A stretch of 64,000 nt of DNA from an uncultured Gammaproteobacteria bacterium. Lineage in GTDB: Bacteria > Patescibacteriota > Patescibacteriia > Magasanikbacterales > JBBTQS01. The DNA lies in the NCBI GenBank assembly GCA_964627525.1, contig CAZVIA010000001.1, positions 72,384 through 136,383 of the forward strand. Reading direction: 5' to 3'. The position numbers were made by a program, and so were the translations under genes. Shown here piece by piece: positions 45,800 through 56,222 of this stretch (positions within the stretch are counted from its first letter, which is position 1; each line of letters starts with the position of its first letter). The notes under the pieces were generated by a model. The model worked only from the letters and a program-made list of their open reading frames with translations, ran no database searches and was not told the origin of the DNA.

Positions 45800-47794
45800 A
45801 TGCCGAAAATTTTAGGAATAGACTTAGGAACTACAAACTCTGCCATGGCGATCATGGAAGGTGGTAGTCCAAAAATTTTAGAAAATAAAGAAGGAAATCG
45901 TACGACACCTTCTATTGTTGCAATGTCTAAAAATAATGAACGTCTAGTTGGTCAAACAGCAAAACGTCAGGCAGTGACAAATCCGGAAAATACTTTGTTT
46001 TCAATTAAGCGATTGATTGGTCGTTCTTTTGAAGATGAGGAAGTTCAAAATGCAATGAAGATTTTGCCTTATAAAATAGTTAAAGCAGGTGAGGGTGTAA
46101 AAGTTGTGATGGGAGATAAGGAACACACTCCGCAAGAAATTGCTGCAATGGTTTTAGGAAAACTAAAAGCAGATGCAGAAGAGCGTTTGGGTGAAAAAAT
46201 TGAAGAAGCTGTTATTACAGTTCCAGCTTATTTTGATAATGCACAAAGACAAGCTACAAAAGATGCAGGTGAAATTGCTGGGCTAAAAGTTAGTCGTGTG
46301 ATTAATGAGCCAACTGCAGCTGCGTTTGCATATGGTTTTGACAAAGATAATGATCACAAAATTGCAGTTTATGATTTGGGTGGTGGAACTTTTGATGTGT
46401 CAATTCTTGAAGTTGCTTATGATAAAGAAGCAAATCAAAATACAGTGGAAGTTAAGGCGACAAACGGTAATACGCTTTTAGGTGGTGATGATTTTGATAA
46501 AAAACTTATTGATTGGATTATTGATGAGTTTAAAAAAGATCAGGGCGTTGATTTGTCTGGAGATCCTTTGGCAATGCAAAGAATTAAAGAGGCTGCAGAA
46601 AAAGCTAAGATTGAATTGTCTTCAGCAGTTGAAACAGAAATTAATCAGCCGTTTATTACAAGTGATGCTTCGGGACCAAAGCACATGGTTATGAAAATGA
46701 CTCGTGCGAAAATGGAAGAATTAGTTGATGAGTTGGTTGAAAAAACTTTAGAGCCATGTCGTAAGGCTTTGCAAGATGCTGGTTTGCAAACAGCTGATAT
46801 AAATGAAGTGATTTTAGTTGGTGGAATGACTCGTATGCCTTTGGTGCAAAAAAAGGTTGAGAACTTTTTTGCAAAAAAACCAAACTTAAGTGTTAATCCA
46901 GATGAGGTTGTTGCATCAGGTGCTGCAATTCAAGCAGGTCAGTTGCAAGGTGATTTGGGTAAAGATATTTTGTTGCTAGATGTAACTCCATTGTCTTTGG
47001 GTATTGAAACTTTGGGTGGTGTTTGTACAAAACTTATTGAGAGAAATACAACAATCCCTTCTTCAAAATCACAAATTTTTTCAACAGCTGCAGATAGTCA
47101 GCCGTCTGTTGAAATTCATGTGTTGCAAGGTGAGCGTGAAATGGCAGGGGATAATAAAACTTTGGGTAGATTTATTTTGGATGGTATTCCACCAGCACCA
47201 CGCGGTATTCCACAAGTTGAAGTAAGTTTTGATATTGATGCAAATGGAATTTTAAATGTTAAAGCACAAGATAAAGCAACTAACAAAGAGCAGTCAATTA
47301 GAATTGAGGCTTCAAGTGGTTTGTCTAAAGATGAAATTGAAAAAATGAAACAAGATGCAGAAACACATGCTGATAGCGACAAGAAAAAGCGTGAGCAAAT
47401 TGATATTCGAAATACTGCAGACACAATGGTTTATACAACTGAAAAAATGTTGAAAGAAGCTGAAGAAAAGAAAATTAATATTCCAGAAGCAGACAAAAGT
47501 GAAGTGCAGGAGAAATTGGATGCTTTGAAAAAAGTTAAAGATGGTGATGATATTGAAGCAATTAAAAAAACTTCAGATGAATTGGCAACTTCTGCACAAA
47601 AAGTTGGCACTGCGATGTACCAACAACAGCAAGCTCAAGCGCAGGCGCAAAAAGGTGGTGGGCAAGCTCCAGGTCAACCAGGGCAGTCAGGTGCAGCTGG
47701 ACCAGAACAACCAACCCAACCTGAACAACCTAAAGCAGAAGACAAAAAAGATGAGCCAGAAGTTGTTGAGGGTGAGGTTGTAGATGAAAATTAA
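45800..47794 (+). CDS. dnaK: chaperone DnaK (Hsp70)
   Basis: [18 protein letters not shown] and [12 protein letters not shown]; 664 aa. Confidence 0.97.
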   Translation: MPKILGIDLGTTNSAMAIMEGGSPKILENKEGNRTTPSIVAMSKNNERLVGQTAKRQAVTNPENTLFSIKRLIGRSFEDEEVQNAMKILPYKIVKAGEGVKVVMGDKEHTPQEIAAMVLGKLKADAEERLGEKIEEAVITVPAYFDNAQRQATKDAGEIAGLKVSRVINEPTAAAFAYGFDKDNDHKIAVYDLGGGTFDVSILEVAYDKEANQNTVEVKATNGNTLLGGDDFDKKLIDWIIDEFKKDQGVDLSGDPLAMQRIKEAAEKAKIELSSAVETEINQPFITSDASGPKHMVMKMTRAKMEELVDELVEKTLEPCRKALQDAGLQTADINEVILVGGMTRMPLVQKKVENFFAKKPNLSVNPDEVVASGAAIQAGQLQGDLGKDILLLDVTPLSLGIETLGGVCTKLIERNTTIPSSKSQIFSTAADSQPSVEIHVLQGEREMAGDNKTLGRFILDGIPPAPRGIPQVEVSFDIDANGILNVKAQDKATNKEQSIRIEASSGLSKDEIEKMKQDAETHADSDKKKREQIDIRNTADTMVYTTEKMLKEAEEKKINIPEADKSEVQEKLDALKKVKDGDDIEAIKKTSDELATSAQKVGTAMYQQQQAQAQAQKGGGQAPGQPGQSGAAGPEQPTQPEQPKAEDKKDEPEVVEGEVVDEN

Positions 47795-47796
47795 AA

Positions 47797-48861
47797 ATGT
47801 CCCAAGACCCATACAAAACATTAAACGTTGATAAATCCGCATCAGAAGATGAGGTTAAAAAATCTTATCGGCGTTTAGCACATAAATACCACCCAGACAA
47901 AGAAGGTGGTGATGAGAAAAAGTTCAAAGAAGTGAACTCGGCTTTTCAAATACTTGGAAATAAAGAAAAGCGTCAGCAATTTGATCAATTTGGTACTACA
48001 TTTGATCAAGCTGGTGGTGCTGGGGGTCAAGGCCCTTTTGGTGGTTTTGGGGGCTTTGGAGGGCAAGCAGGTGGCTTTAATGTGAATTTTGAGGACTTGG
48101 GTGACTTGTTTGGTGGTATGTTTGGAGGTGGAAGAGCAAAACGTCGCGCAAAAGGTCAGGACATTGTTGTTGATCTGGAATTAGAGTTTTCAGAATCAAT
48201 ACTTGGAGTGAAAAGAACTATTGTTTTGCATAGAGGTGTAAGTTGTGATTCATGTTCTGGAACAGGTGCTGAAGCTGGTACAACAATGAAGAATTGTACT
48301 TCTTGTAATGGTTCTGGGCAAGTTACTCAAATGCAAAGAACAATTTTAGGAAATATTCAAACTTCAAAAACTTGTACTTCATGCCAAGGTCAAGGACAGT
48401 TTCCAGAAATAAATTGTAAGCAATGTCGTGGTGCAGGAATTGAAAAAAAGAACACTGAAATAGAAGTGCATATTCCAGCTGGTATTGATGATGGTGCTAC
48501 AATGAAATTTGCTGGAAAAGGTGAGGCCTCAACACATAAAGGAGTGTCAGGTGATTTATATGTGAGGATTCATGTGCAAGACGACAAAAGTTTTGAAAGA
48601 AAAGGATTTGATTTGCACACAACAAAATTTGTAAGTTTTAAACAAGTTGTTTTAGGTGATACTGTTGATGTTAAAACAGTTGATGGTTTAGTTAATTTAA
48701 AAATTCCTTCAGCAACGCAGTCAGGTACTATTTTTAGAGTAAAAGGACGTGGTGTAAAAGATAGGGGAGATATGTATGTGAGGATTGAGGTTGATGTGCC
48801 GAAAAAAATGAGTAGAAAAGCTAAAAAATTATTAGAGGAATTTGAGCAAGAGCTTTCATAG
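47797..48861 (+). CDS. dnaJ: chaperone DnaJ
   Basis: J-domain HPD (YHPDK), G/F region, four CxxCxG zinc-finger repeats. Confidence 0.95.
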   Translation: MSQDPYKTLNVDKSASEDEVKKSYRRLAHKYHPDKEGGDEKKFKEVNSAFQILGNKEKRQQFDQFGTTFDQAGGAGGQGPFGGFGGFGGQAGGFNVNFEDLGDLFGGMFGGGRAKRRAKGQDIVVDLELEFSESILGVKRTIVLHRGVSCDSCSGTGAEAGTTMKNCTSCNGSGQVTQMQRTILGNIQTSKTCTSCQGQGQFPEINCKQCRGAGIEKKNTEIEVHIPAGIDDGATMKFAGKGEASTHKGVSGDLYVRIHVQDDKSFERKGFDLHTTKFVSFKQVVLGDTVDVKTVDGLVNLKIPSATQSGTIFRVKGRGVKDRGDMYVRIEVDVPKKMSRKAKKLLEEFEQELS

Positions 48862-48907
48862 TTAACACTTTGGCGTTTTTGTTTTATAATGTATTTATAA
48901 AATAGTT

Positions 48908-49465
48908 ATGGAGGGTGCTTTAGATTTAATTACAAATTTTTCACAAAACATAAACTGGTCAGCACCGACTTGGGATCTTTTTATTTTGATCTTTTTTATT
49001 GTGGCAACATTTTTGTATGGAATTTCTTTGGGGCGCGATAGAATAATAGTAATAATGGTGGGCTTATACATGGCTTTGGCAATTGTTGGTAACACCCCGT
49101 TCTTACAAGACTTTACAGCAAAAATAGATGTGCAGGGTTTTGGTTTTAAATTTTCAATTTTTGTTGGGTTGTTTGTTGTGTTCTTTTTTCTTTTATCAAA
49201 CAGTGCTCTTTCAGATGCTTTAAATGGTTATAAAATTTCAAAAAAAGGAAATTGGATTCAAACACTGTTGATAAGTATTTTGCATGTTGGTTTGTTGATA
49301 AGTATTGTGTTGTCTTTTATCCCAGCAGATTCAGTTGCAATTCTTTCTTCTGTTACACAAAAAATCTTTCTCGCAGACATGTCTAGATTTCTTTGGTTGA
49401 TAATGCCAATAGCTGCAATGATTTTGTTTCAAGGTGGTGGCAAGAGGAGGGGAGAAGATGAATAA
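48908..49465 (+). CDS. hypothetical membrane protein
   Basis: Four to five TM helices. No motif. Confidence 0.45.
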   Translation: MEGALDLITNFSQNINWSAPTWDLFILIFFIVATFLYGISLGRDRIIVIMVGLYMALAIVGNTPFLQDFTAKIDVQGFGFKFSIFVGLFVVFFFLLSNSALSDALNGYKISKKGNWIQTLLISILHVGLLISIVLSFIPADSVAILSSVTQKIFLADMSRFLWLIMPIAAMILFQGGGKRRGEDE

Positions 49466-49493
49466 TTAATTTGTTTTAAAAAAATTTTTATAA

Positions 49494-49534
49494 AAAAGTC
49501 GACCCCAGCTGATGTTAGTCAACTGGGGTCTTTT
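49494..49534. terminator. bidirectional intrinsic terminator
   Basis: gaccccag ctgatgttagtcaa ctggggtc flanked by an A-run and a T-run. Confidence 0.6.
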
Positions 49535-49535
49535 G

Positions 49536-49662
49536 TCACGCTCAGGTGTTGAACCTGAAACTTACGTTCGCGGAACCTGGGTTCGCGTAACAGTAGAACT
49601 GCGTGTTCGTGACGTTGGGTTGGGACAAAGGTCGATTCTCTAGCCAAGTTGTATTATGGCGG
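49536..49662 (-). ncRNA. GC-rich structured segment in the rnhA 3' region (candidate sRNA or structured 3' UTR)
   Basis: About 55% GC. Hairpins gtcacg..cgtgac and cgcggaac..gttcgcg. A T-arm-like tcagg-ttcaaca-cctga on the minus strand. It lies between the rnhA stop and the terminator. Could not be folded as a tRNA. Confidence 0.25.
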
Positions 49663-49703
49663 GTTTGAAGAGTTTTGTCAAATTTTTTTGTTGAGATTTA
49701 TTT

Positions 49704-50102
49704 TTAGTTCTTATCCAAAACCTTATTTACCCACGCATCTGCAACTTTATTTTTTTCCCGACGAATATGTTTAAAATTTGCTTTTTTAAATTGCGAAGCA
49801 GTGTTCCATGCTTTTACAAAAAGTTTTTGCAAAGTAGGTTCTTTGACTCTCCAATTTTGTTTTAATTGTTCAACAACTAATTTTGAATCTAAAAAACATT
49901 CTACTTCAGTTGCACCTAAATCAAACGCACGATTTAGCCCAGAAATAATTGCAGAATATTCCGCAAAATTATTTGTTTGTTTTCCCAAATATTCACCATA
50001 TTCTGCCAGTACTTTTCCGCGCGCATCCAAAATAACAATTCCAGTTGCAGCTGGCCCAGGATTTCCTCTTGCTCCGCCGTCTGTGTAAATTAAAACTTTC
50101 AT
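49704..50102 (-). CDS. rnhA: ribonuclease HI
   Basis: VLIYTDGGARGNPGPAATGIV and the DEDD residue pattern. Confidence 0.85.
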   Translation of the reverse strand: MKVLIYTDGGARGNPGPAATGIVILDARGKVLAEYGEYLGKQTNNFAEYSAIISGLNRAFDLGATEVECFLDSKLVVEQLKQNWRVKEPTLQKLFVKAWNTASQFKKANFKHIRREKNKVADAWVNKVLDKN

Positions 50103-50122
50103 AAATTAAAACCAAATTAAAT

Positions 50123-51862
50123 TTATAATTTTTTATAATCAACAATTTTTAATTGTAATTCGCGCCGTCCATTCCATTCATTTACACTCATTTCAAAAAC
50201 CATATCAATCATATCATGAGTTTTAATATCTTGTAACCATTTTTCACAACCAAATGCAATAAATTTTTGCACCTTAGTTCCATCCAAATGTTTTCCAAAC
50301 AATCGCATGTGCTTTCCGGTTTTTCCAATTGCTTGCACATCAACAACTTGAACATTTCGCATAACAAATAATGGTTCAGGATTTCCCATACCAAAAGGTG
50401 AAAATTTTTCCAAAACATTCCACAGTTGCCAATCAGCATCTTCAATTTTCATTTCAGCTTCAATTTCCAAAATTGGCACAAGATTTTTATCATTTAATTC
50501 TGCACGCGCAATTTCTGTCATTGTTTTTGTGAAATCAGGATAAGTTTCTTTTGACTTTAAAGAAAAACCACAAGCTTGTGGATGTCCACCATACTTTGAA
50601 AATAAATCAGGTGCTTGGTTTAAAGCATTTGTAATATCAAACTGTGGAATACTTCGACCAGATCCAACATAAGTTTCACCACCTTCACCTAAAACTATCA
50701 CTGGCTTAAAAAATTTATCTTTTAAACGACTCGCAATCAAACCAATTATTCCGGGAGACCAACCATCTCCACGTACAAATAAAATAAAATCATCTGCATC
50801 ATGATTTTCAGAAACAAATTTTTTAGCATCTTTGGTTAATTGTTCTGTGAGTTTTTGGCGCATCACATTGTACTCATGAATTTTTTGCGCCAAGTCCAGA
50901 GCTTTTGTATCTTCACTTTCCAGCATTAAAGCCAAAGCTTGGTTTGCGTCATGCATTCTACCAGCTGCATTTAATCTTGGTGCAATCCTAAAACCAATTG
51001 AAGTTGCATCTAGTTGTGCTCCTTTTTTAATTCCAGCAGTTTCCATTAATTTTTTTAAACCAAGTCTGCGAGTTTTATTTAAAACAACCAAACCATATTT
51101 AGTTAAGGTGCGAGTTTCATCAATTAAAGGAACCATATCTGCAACAGATGAAATTGCAACCAAATCCAACAGCCATTTTTCAAAAGCCTCATGAGTCATT
51201 TCGGAAATTTGTGTATTTTTATTTTTCTTGTGCGCAATTAATAAGGCTTGCGCAAATTTAAATGCAACACCACCTCCAGACAAAGTTTTATCTGGATAAG
51301 TTTCACCTTGAATTTTAGGGTGGAGAATTGAAAATGCTTCAGGTAATTCATCTGGCTCTTGATGATGATCTGTGATAATTGTTTCAATTCCGTTTTTTAA
51401 AGCTAAAGCAATTTCAGTTTTATTACTAACCCCACAATCACAAGTAACAATTAGCCCAACTTCGTCAGAAATAAATTTTTCAATTGTCTGATCGTTCATT
51501 CCATAACCATCTTTTTCGCGATGGGGTAAAAAGAAATCTAATTTTTTTGCACCCAAAGCTTGCAAAGTTACAAACAAAATTGCAGAACCACAAATTCCAT
51601 CTGCATCATAATCTCCATGAATCATTATTTTTTCGTCATTAGCAATTGCCTGAAAAACTCGTGCAACAGATTTTTCCATATCACGAAACAAAAAAGGATC
51701 GTGAATATCACGTTTATAATCTGGATATAAAAATTGATCTATTCGCGCCTCATCAACTAAATTACGATTGTGTAAAAGTTGCGAAACAATCGGATGTTGT
51801 TTTTTGTGCAATAACAAAAAAGCGTGCGGAACTTTTTGGGCTACTTGCCAAAGTTTTTCCAT
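50123..51862 (-). CDS. recJ: single-stranded-DNA-specific exonuclease RecJ
   Basis: DHH motifs (IMIHGDYDADGICGSAIL, DHH) and the DHHA1 domain GGGHPQACG. Confidence 0.9.
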   Translation of the reverse strand: MEKLWQVAQKVPHAFLLLHKKQHPIVSQLLHNRNLVDEARIDQFLYPDYKRDIHDPFLFRDMEKSVARVFQAIANDEKIMIHGDYDADGICGSAILFVTLQALGAKKLDFFLPHREKDGYGMNDQTIEKFISDEVGLIVTCDCGVSNKTEIALALKNGIETIITDHHQEPDELPEAFSILHPKIQGETYPDKTLSGGGVAFKFAQALLIAHKKNKNTQISEMTHEAFEKWLLDLVAISSVADMVPLIDETRTLTKYGLVVLNKTRRLGLKKLMETAGIKKGAQLDATSIGFRIAPRLNAAGRMHDANQALALMLESEDTKALDLAQKIHEYNVMRQKLTEQLTKDAKKFVSENHDADDFILFVRGDGWSPGIIGLIASRLKDKFFKPVIVLGEGGETYVGSGRSIPQFDITNALNQAPDLFSKYGGHPQACGFSLKSKETYPDFTKTMTEIARAELNDKNLVPILEIEAEMKIEDADWQLWNVLEKFSPFGMGNPEPLFVMRNVQVVDVQAIGKTGKHMRLFGKHLDGTKVQKFIAFGCEKWLQDIKTHDMIDMVFEMSVNEWNGRRELQLKIVDYKKL

Positions 51863-51880
51863 ACGCTAATTTCGTAAAAA

Positions 51881-51982
51881 TTAAATTGCGTTGAAAAATG
51901 GAATTAAAGTAAAGAACAGCATTCCAAAAATCATAATTGCAAATACTATTCCATTTAAAATTCGTTTTGTGCGTTTTTTCAT
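51881..51982 (-). CDS. candidate 33-aa hydrophobic micro-protein between lepA and recJ
   Basis: MKKRTKRILNGIVFAIMIFGMLFFTLIPFFNAI: KR-rich N-terminus plus one TM helix. No SD. Below the ORF-track cutoff. Confidence 0.25.
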   Translation of the reverse strand: MKKRTKRILNGIVFAIMIFGMLFFTLIPFFNAI

Positions 51983-52003
51983 ATTTTTTTGACTATCAAA
52001 TTT

Positions 52004-53797
52004 CTATCTTTTTAATACAGCCATGTATGCGTCTGTTGGAATATCAACTTTTCCAGCTCCACGCGCCATCATTTTTTTCTTACCTTTTTTCTGTTTTTCT
52101 AGTAACTTGCGTTTACGAGTTACATCACCACCATATAATTTTGCAGTAACATCTTTTCGCATTGCAGATAATCTTTCTGCTGCAATAACTTTTCCACCGA
52201 TCGCTGCTTGTATTTTTAATGCGAACATTTGGCGAGGCAAAGTATCTTTTAGTTTTTTCACGATTGCTTTTCCAATTTTAAAAGCTTCGTCTTTGCGAAC
52301 CAAAGTTGCCAATGCCTCCACTGGCTCTTCAGCAACTAAAATATCTAATCGCACAACATCAACTGGTCGCATTTCTGAAAACTCATAATTTAAAGATGCA
52401 TAACCAGCACTCGCACTTTTAAGTTTATCATAAAAATCCACAAGTATAGAAGACAACGGCAAACTATAATGCAAAATCGCGCGCTTATCTCCAGCAGCAC
52501 CTTCCAAATATTCAGTGTTTGCATATTCACCATATTTTTCCTGAACAATCGGCATAATATTTCCAATTGTTTCTTGTGTGGTAATAATATCAATTTTCAC
52601 CCAAGGTTCTTGCACTTCTTGCACATGACTTGGTTCGGGCAAATCCAAAGGACTTTTTATCGTAAACTCATCACCATTTGTTCGCTTAACAGTGTAAGCA
52701 ACAGAAGGAACAGTTACAATAATTTCCAAATTATATTCGCGACTCAAACGTTCTTGTACAATTTCCAAATGTAATAATCCCAAAAATCCACACCTAAACC
52801 CAAATCCCAAAGCTTTAGAATGTTCAGGTTCAAAATGCAAAGAAGCATCAGACAAAGAAAGTTTATCAATAGCATCACGCAGTTCAGTGTATTCATTTCC
52901 TTCTTTTGGGAAAAATCCCGCAAAAACCATTGGTTTAATTTCTTTATAACCTTCCAAAGCTTTTACATTTTTATGATCCTTATTTAAAGTAATTGTGTCA
53001 CCAACCCTACAAGCTTTAATATCTTTAAAACCTGTCACCAACATTCCAATCTCGCCTGTAGCAATTTTTTTTGTGGAAGAAAATTTTGGTTTAAAATATC
53101 CAACATCAGTTGTTTCAGCAGTTTTTTCAGTTCCAATAAAAAATAATTTATCTCCTTTGGAAATTTCACCACTCATAACTCTTATTGAAGCAACAACTCC
53201 ACGAAACTCATCATAGTAAGAATCAAAAATCAAAGCTTGCAAAATGTTTTCTTTAGAAGTTTTTGGAGAAGGAATACGATCAATCACAGCTTTTAAAATT
53301 TCTTCGACACCTTCGCCAGTTTTTGCGCTAGCACAAATAATTTCTTCATCTTTACAACCAATCAATCCTTTAATTTCAGCTTTTGTTTTTTCTAAATCTG
53401 CATTTGGTAAATCAATTTTATTTACAACAGGAATTATTTCTAAATCTTGATCTAAAGCTAAATATAAATTTCCTAAAGTTTGTGCTTGGACACCTTGGGT
53501 TGCATCAACTAATAACAACACACCTTCAACAGCAACTAAAGATCGAGAAACTTCATAAGTAAAATCCACATGTCCAGGTGTATCAATCAAATTTAAAACA
53601 TGTCCACTATAATCCATTCGTACTGGTTGCAACTTAATTGTAATTCCACGTTCACGTTCTAATTCCATTTGATCTAATAATTGATCTTTCATGTCACGTT
53701 CAGAAACAGTTCCAGTAAATTCCAAAAGACGGTCAGCTAGAGTTGACTTACCATGATCAATATGGGCGATGATACTAAAGTTTCTTATTTTGTCCAT
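52004..53797 (-). CDS. lepA: translation elongation factor 4 (LepA)
   Basis: IRNFSIIAHIDHGKSTLADRLLE, DTPGHVDF and a LepA-specific C-terminal domain. Confidence 0.97.
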   Translation of the reverse strand: MDKIRNFSIIAHIDHGKSTLADRLLEFTGTVSERDMKDQLLDQMELERERGITIKLQPVRMDYSGHVLNLIDTPGHVDFTYEVSRSLVAVEGVLLLVDATQGVQAQTLGNLYLALDQDLEIIPVVNKIDLPNADLEKTKAEIKGLIGCKDEEIICASAKTGEGVEEILKAVIDRIPSPKTSKENILQALIFDSYYDEFRGVVASIRVMSGEISKGDKLFFIGTEKTAETTDVGYFKPKFSSTKKIATGEIGMLVTGFKDIKACRVGDTITLNKDHKNVKALEGYKEIKPMVFAGFFPKEGNEYTELRDAIDKLSLSDASLHFEPEHSKALGFGFRCGFLGLLHLEIVQERLSREYNLEIIVTVPSVAYTVKRTNGDEFTIKSPLDLPEPSHVQEVQEPWVKIDIITTQETIGNIMPIVQEKYGEYANTEYLEGAAGDKRAILHYSLPLSSILVDFYDKLKSASAGYASLNYEFSEMRPVDVVRLDILVAEEPVEALATLVRKDEAFKIGKAIVKKLKDTLPRQMFALKIQAAIGGKVIAAERLSAMRKDVTAKLYGGDVTRKRKLLEKQKKGKKKMMARGAGKVDIPTDAYMAVLKR

Positions 53798-53812
53798 AAA
53801 TTAATCAACAAT

Positions 53813-55432
53813 TTAATCAGCGTGTGTGCTAGTGTCTGGCATTTCAACCGCAACTTCTTTTTGTTTAAAAACTCGTCTTTTTATTGCTCCTAAAAGATGT
53901 AACATTTCATCTGATTTTAATATGTACATTACTAAACAATAAACAATTAGGCCGAGCAAACCAGCCACTAATCCTTGTGTAAATACAGCCCAAAATGTTT
54001 GTGTACCAAGAGTCTCACCAATCCAAGTTTTTGTCAATTGAACTAACCCTGCCATTATAATTGCTGATCCAAAAGTTTTATATAAAGATGTGAGAATTTT
54101 TTGCTCATGCAAAGTTCCAACTTCTATTCTTAAGGCAACCCATAACAAAGCAAATTGAACGATTACACCAATTGAAAACGCTAGAGCAATTCCTGCTACT
54201 CCCAAAATGTTTTTTAAATATAAAGCCAAAATAACATTTACAAAAATTCCAACAACAGCTGCGTACAAAGGAGTTTTTGTATTGTGCATTGCATAAAAAG
54301 CTCTGTTCACCATTGGTAATAAAGCTTGCGCAAATAAAGATAAAGTGAAAAACGCTAAAGTGTCGCCAGTTGTAATTGTAGCAGTCCAATCAAAAGCACC
54401 TGTTCCCAAAACCACACGAGTAATTTGTGCGCGCAATAATAAAAATAAAACACTAATCGGCACAATAAAAAATAAAATTTGGCGAGTTGTATTATTAATA
54501 TGCCCAACCATTTTTTCAATATGGCCTTTGCTAACCATTGCACAAAAAGTTGGAAACGCAGCTATGCCAAATGATACTCCAAAAATTCCAATAGGGAAGT
54601 GCTGCAAATTATTTGCATAATGAAAAACCGCAACAGAACCAACTGCCAAAGTAGAAGCAATTGTTGTCATTATAATTACATTAATTTGTGTTGCACCCAA
54701 AGACAAAGCGCGCGGAACCATCATGCGAATAATTTCATGCAAAGCACGGCTTTTCAAATTCAGTACACGAGAAAATTTAAACCCAGCTTTAATTAAAACA
54801 GGAATCTGAATCAACAAATGCAAAACCGCTCCAATAATTACACCAATTGCTAAGCCATCTGGCCCCATTGTTGGCGCCAAAAACATTGCACCAAAAATTA
54901 TTCCAATATTATAAAAAACCGGAGTCAGTGCATAAATAAAAAAGTATCGTAAGGTTTGTAAAACACCAGACACAACAGAACTAACCCCTAAAATTATCGG
55001 ACTAATAAACATTATCCGCATTAAGCGAGTTGTGAGTTCTAATTTTTCTGGAGAAAATCCAGGAGCAACAACTTCAGCCAAAGCTGGAGCAAAAATAATC
55101 AAGACCACACCAATACCTATTAACAAAAGCCCCAATAAATTTACAGTTGTATTAACTAATTCCCATGCTTTTTGTTTATTAGTTTCCCACAACCGAGAAA
55201 AAACTGGAATAAATCCAGCAGACAAAGCACCCATCACCAACAACATATAAATCAGATCTGGAAAACGAAACGCTGCAACATAAGCATCCATTATATCTCC
55301 AGCACCAAACTGATGTGCAAAAACTCTTTCACGAATTATTCCAATGAACCTACTCAAAAAAGAAGCACCAGCCAAAATGATAGCAGCACTTGTGATTGTT
55401 TTGCTTTGTCCATTTAAAAGTTTTTTGAACAT
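53813..55432 (-). CDS. murJ: lipid II flippase MurJ
   Basis: FLSRFIGIIRERVFAHQFGAGDIMDAYVAAFRFPD and 14 TM helices. Confidence 0.9.
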   Translation of the reverse strand: MFKKLLNGQSKTITSAAIILAGASFLSRFIGIIRERVFAHQFGAGDIMDAYVAAFRFPDLIYMLLVMGALSAGFIPVFSRLWETNKQKAWELVNTTVNLLGLLLIGIGVVLIIFAPALAEVVAPGFSPEKLELTTRLMRIMFISPIILGVSSVVSGVLQTLRYFFIYALTPVFYNIGIIFGAMFLAPTMGPDGLAIGVIIGAVLHLLIQIPVLIKAGFKFSRVLNLKSRALHEIIRMMVPRALSLGATQINVIIMTTIASTLAVGSVAVFHYANNLQHFPIGIFGVSFGIAAFPTFCAMVSKGHIEKMVGHINNTTRQILFFIVPISVLFLLLRAQITRVVLGTGAFDWTATITTGDTLAFFTLSLFAQALLPMVNRAFYAMHNTKTPLYAAVVGIFVNVILALYLKNILGVAGIALAFSIGVIVQFALLWVALRIEVGTLHEQKILTSLYKTFGSAIIMAGLVQLTKTWIGETLGTQTFWAVFTQGLVAGLLGLIVYCLVMYILKSDEMLHLLGAIKRRVFKQKEVAVEMPDTSTHAD

Positions 55433-55489
55433 GTTTTTAGTTTCGGGCTAATTTTTTTTTGGCTAATTAGTTCAGGCTAATTTCAGAAG

Positions 55490-56176
55490 TTATTTTTTTG
55501 TAGGAAAATCAACAGTCAAAGTCATATAATCAGTTCCGCGCAATTCAGTGTCTAAATCTTCTAAAAATAAAGTTCCGCGCACATCACCCTTAGAAAAAAT
55601 TATTTTATGAACTTCGTCAGTCCGCGCAACCCTTTCATAAGTATATCCACTATTCCCAAATTCATTCATGTAAAAATCTGAAATAAATTCTATTTCAGCA
55701 CCTAAGTCAGCCCACTCAATTGCAACTGTATCTGTTTGTTTGCCAATTGGTGTTGTGGCAAAATTCATAAAGTCATCCCAACTTAATTCTTTTTTATAAA
55801 CCACATGCCCAGACTTAACTGATTTTTCCAGTTGACGTTCAGGATTTAAAGTCAAAAAGATAGGGGACAAGATAATTTTTGGAACTAAAGCTGCAATTTC
55901 AAATCCACGGTTTTTAGTTTTTCCAGAAACAAAATAAGTTTGTTCAATTTTTTCCACATTATACAAACTAAAATCCTGTGGAAAGTGAGAAGGAATTCCA
56001 TTGATATCTTTTGGTCCTGGACCCATTGCAACTCTTACCAAAACAATTATAAAAGCAACAAACAATGCGATGCAGCCAAGGCCACTCACACAGCTTCTTT
56101 TTAAGCAAGATTGCTTTTTCCCAAGCGTCTTGATTGTTGGATCTTGGATCTCAACTGAATTTGGTTCTTGACGCAT
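55490..56176 (-). CDS. hypothetical membrane-anchored protein
   Basis: One N-terminal TM; extracytoplasmic domain without a motif. Confidence 0.45.
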   Translation of the reverse strand: MRQEPNSVEIQDPTIKTLGKKQSCLKRSCVSGLGCIALFVAFIIVLVRVAMGPGPKDINGIPSHFPQDFSLYNVEKIEQTYFVSGKTKNRGFEIAALVPKIILSPIFLTLNPERQLEKSVKSGHVVYKKELSWDDFMNFATTPIGKQTDTVAIEWADLGAEIEFISDFYMNEFGNSGYTYERVARTDEVHKIIFSKGDVRGTLFLEDLDTELRGTDYMTLTVDFPTKK

Positions 56177-56222
56177 ATGTTGTACAGATATTTTAACAAA
56201 AAATGTGCTACAATACCAGCGT

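Noticed and set aside
49536-49662. A minus-strand tRNA in the GC-rich block after rnhA
   Set aside because: A T-arm-like hairpin and a 6/7 acceptor pairing exist, but no D arm or anticodon arm could be formed in a 79-nt frame. Kept only as a low-confidence structured-RNA candidate.
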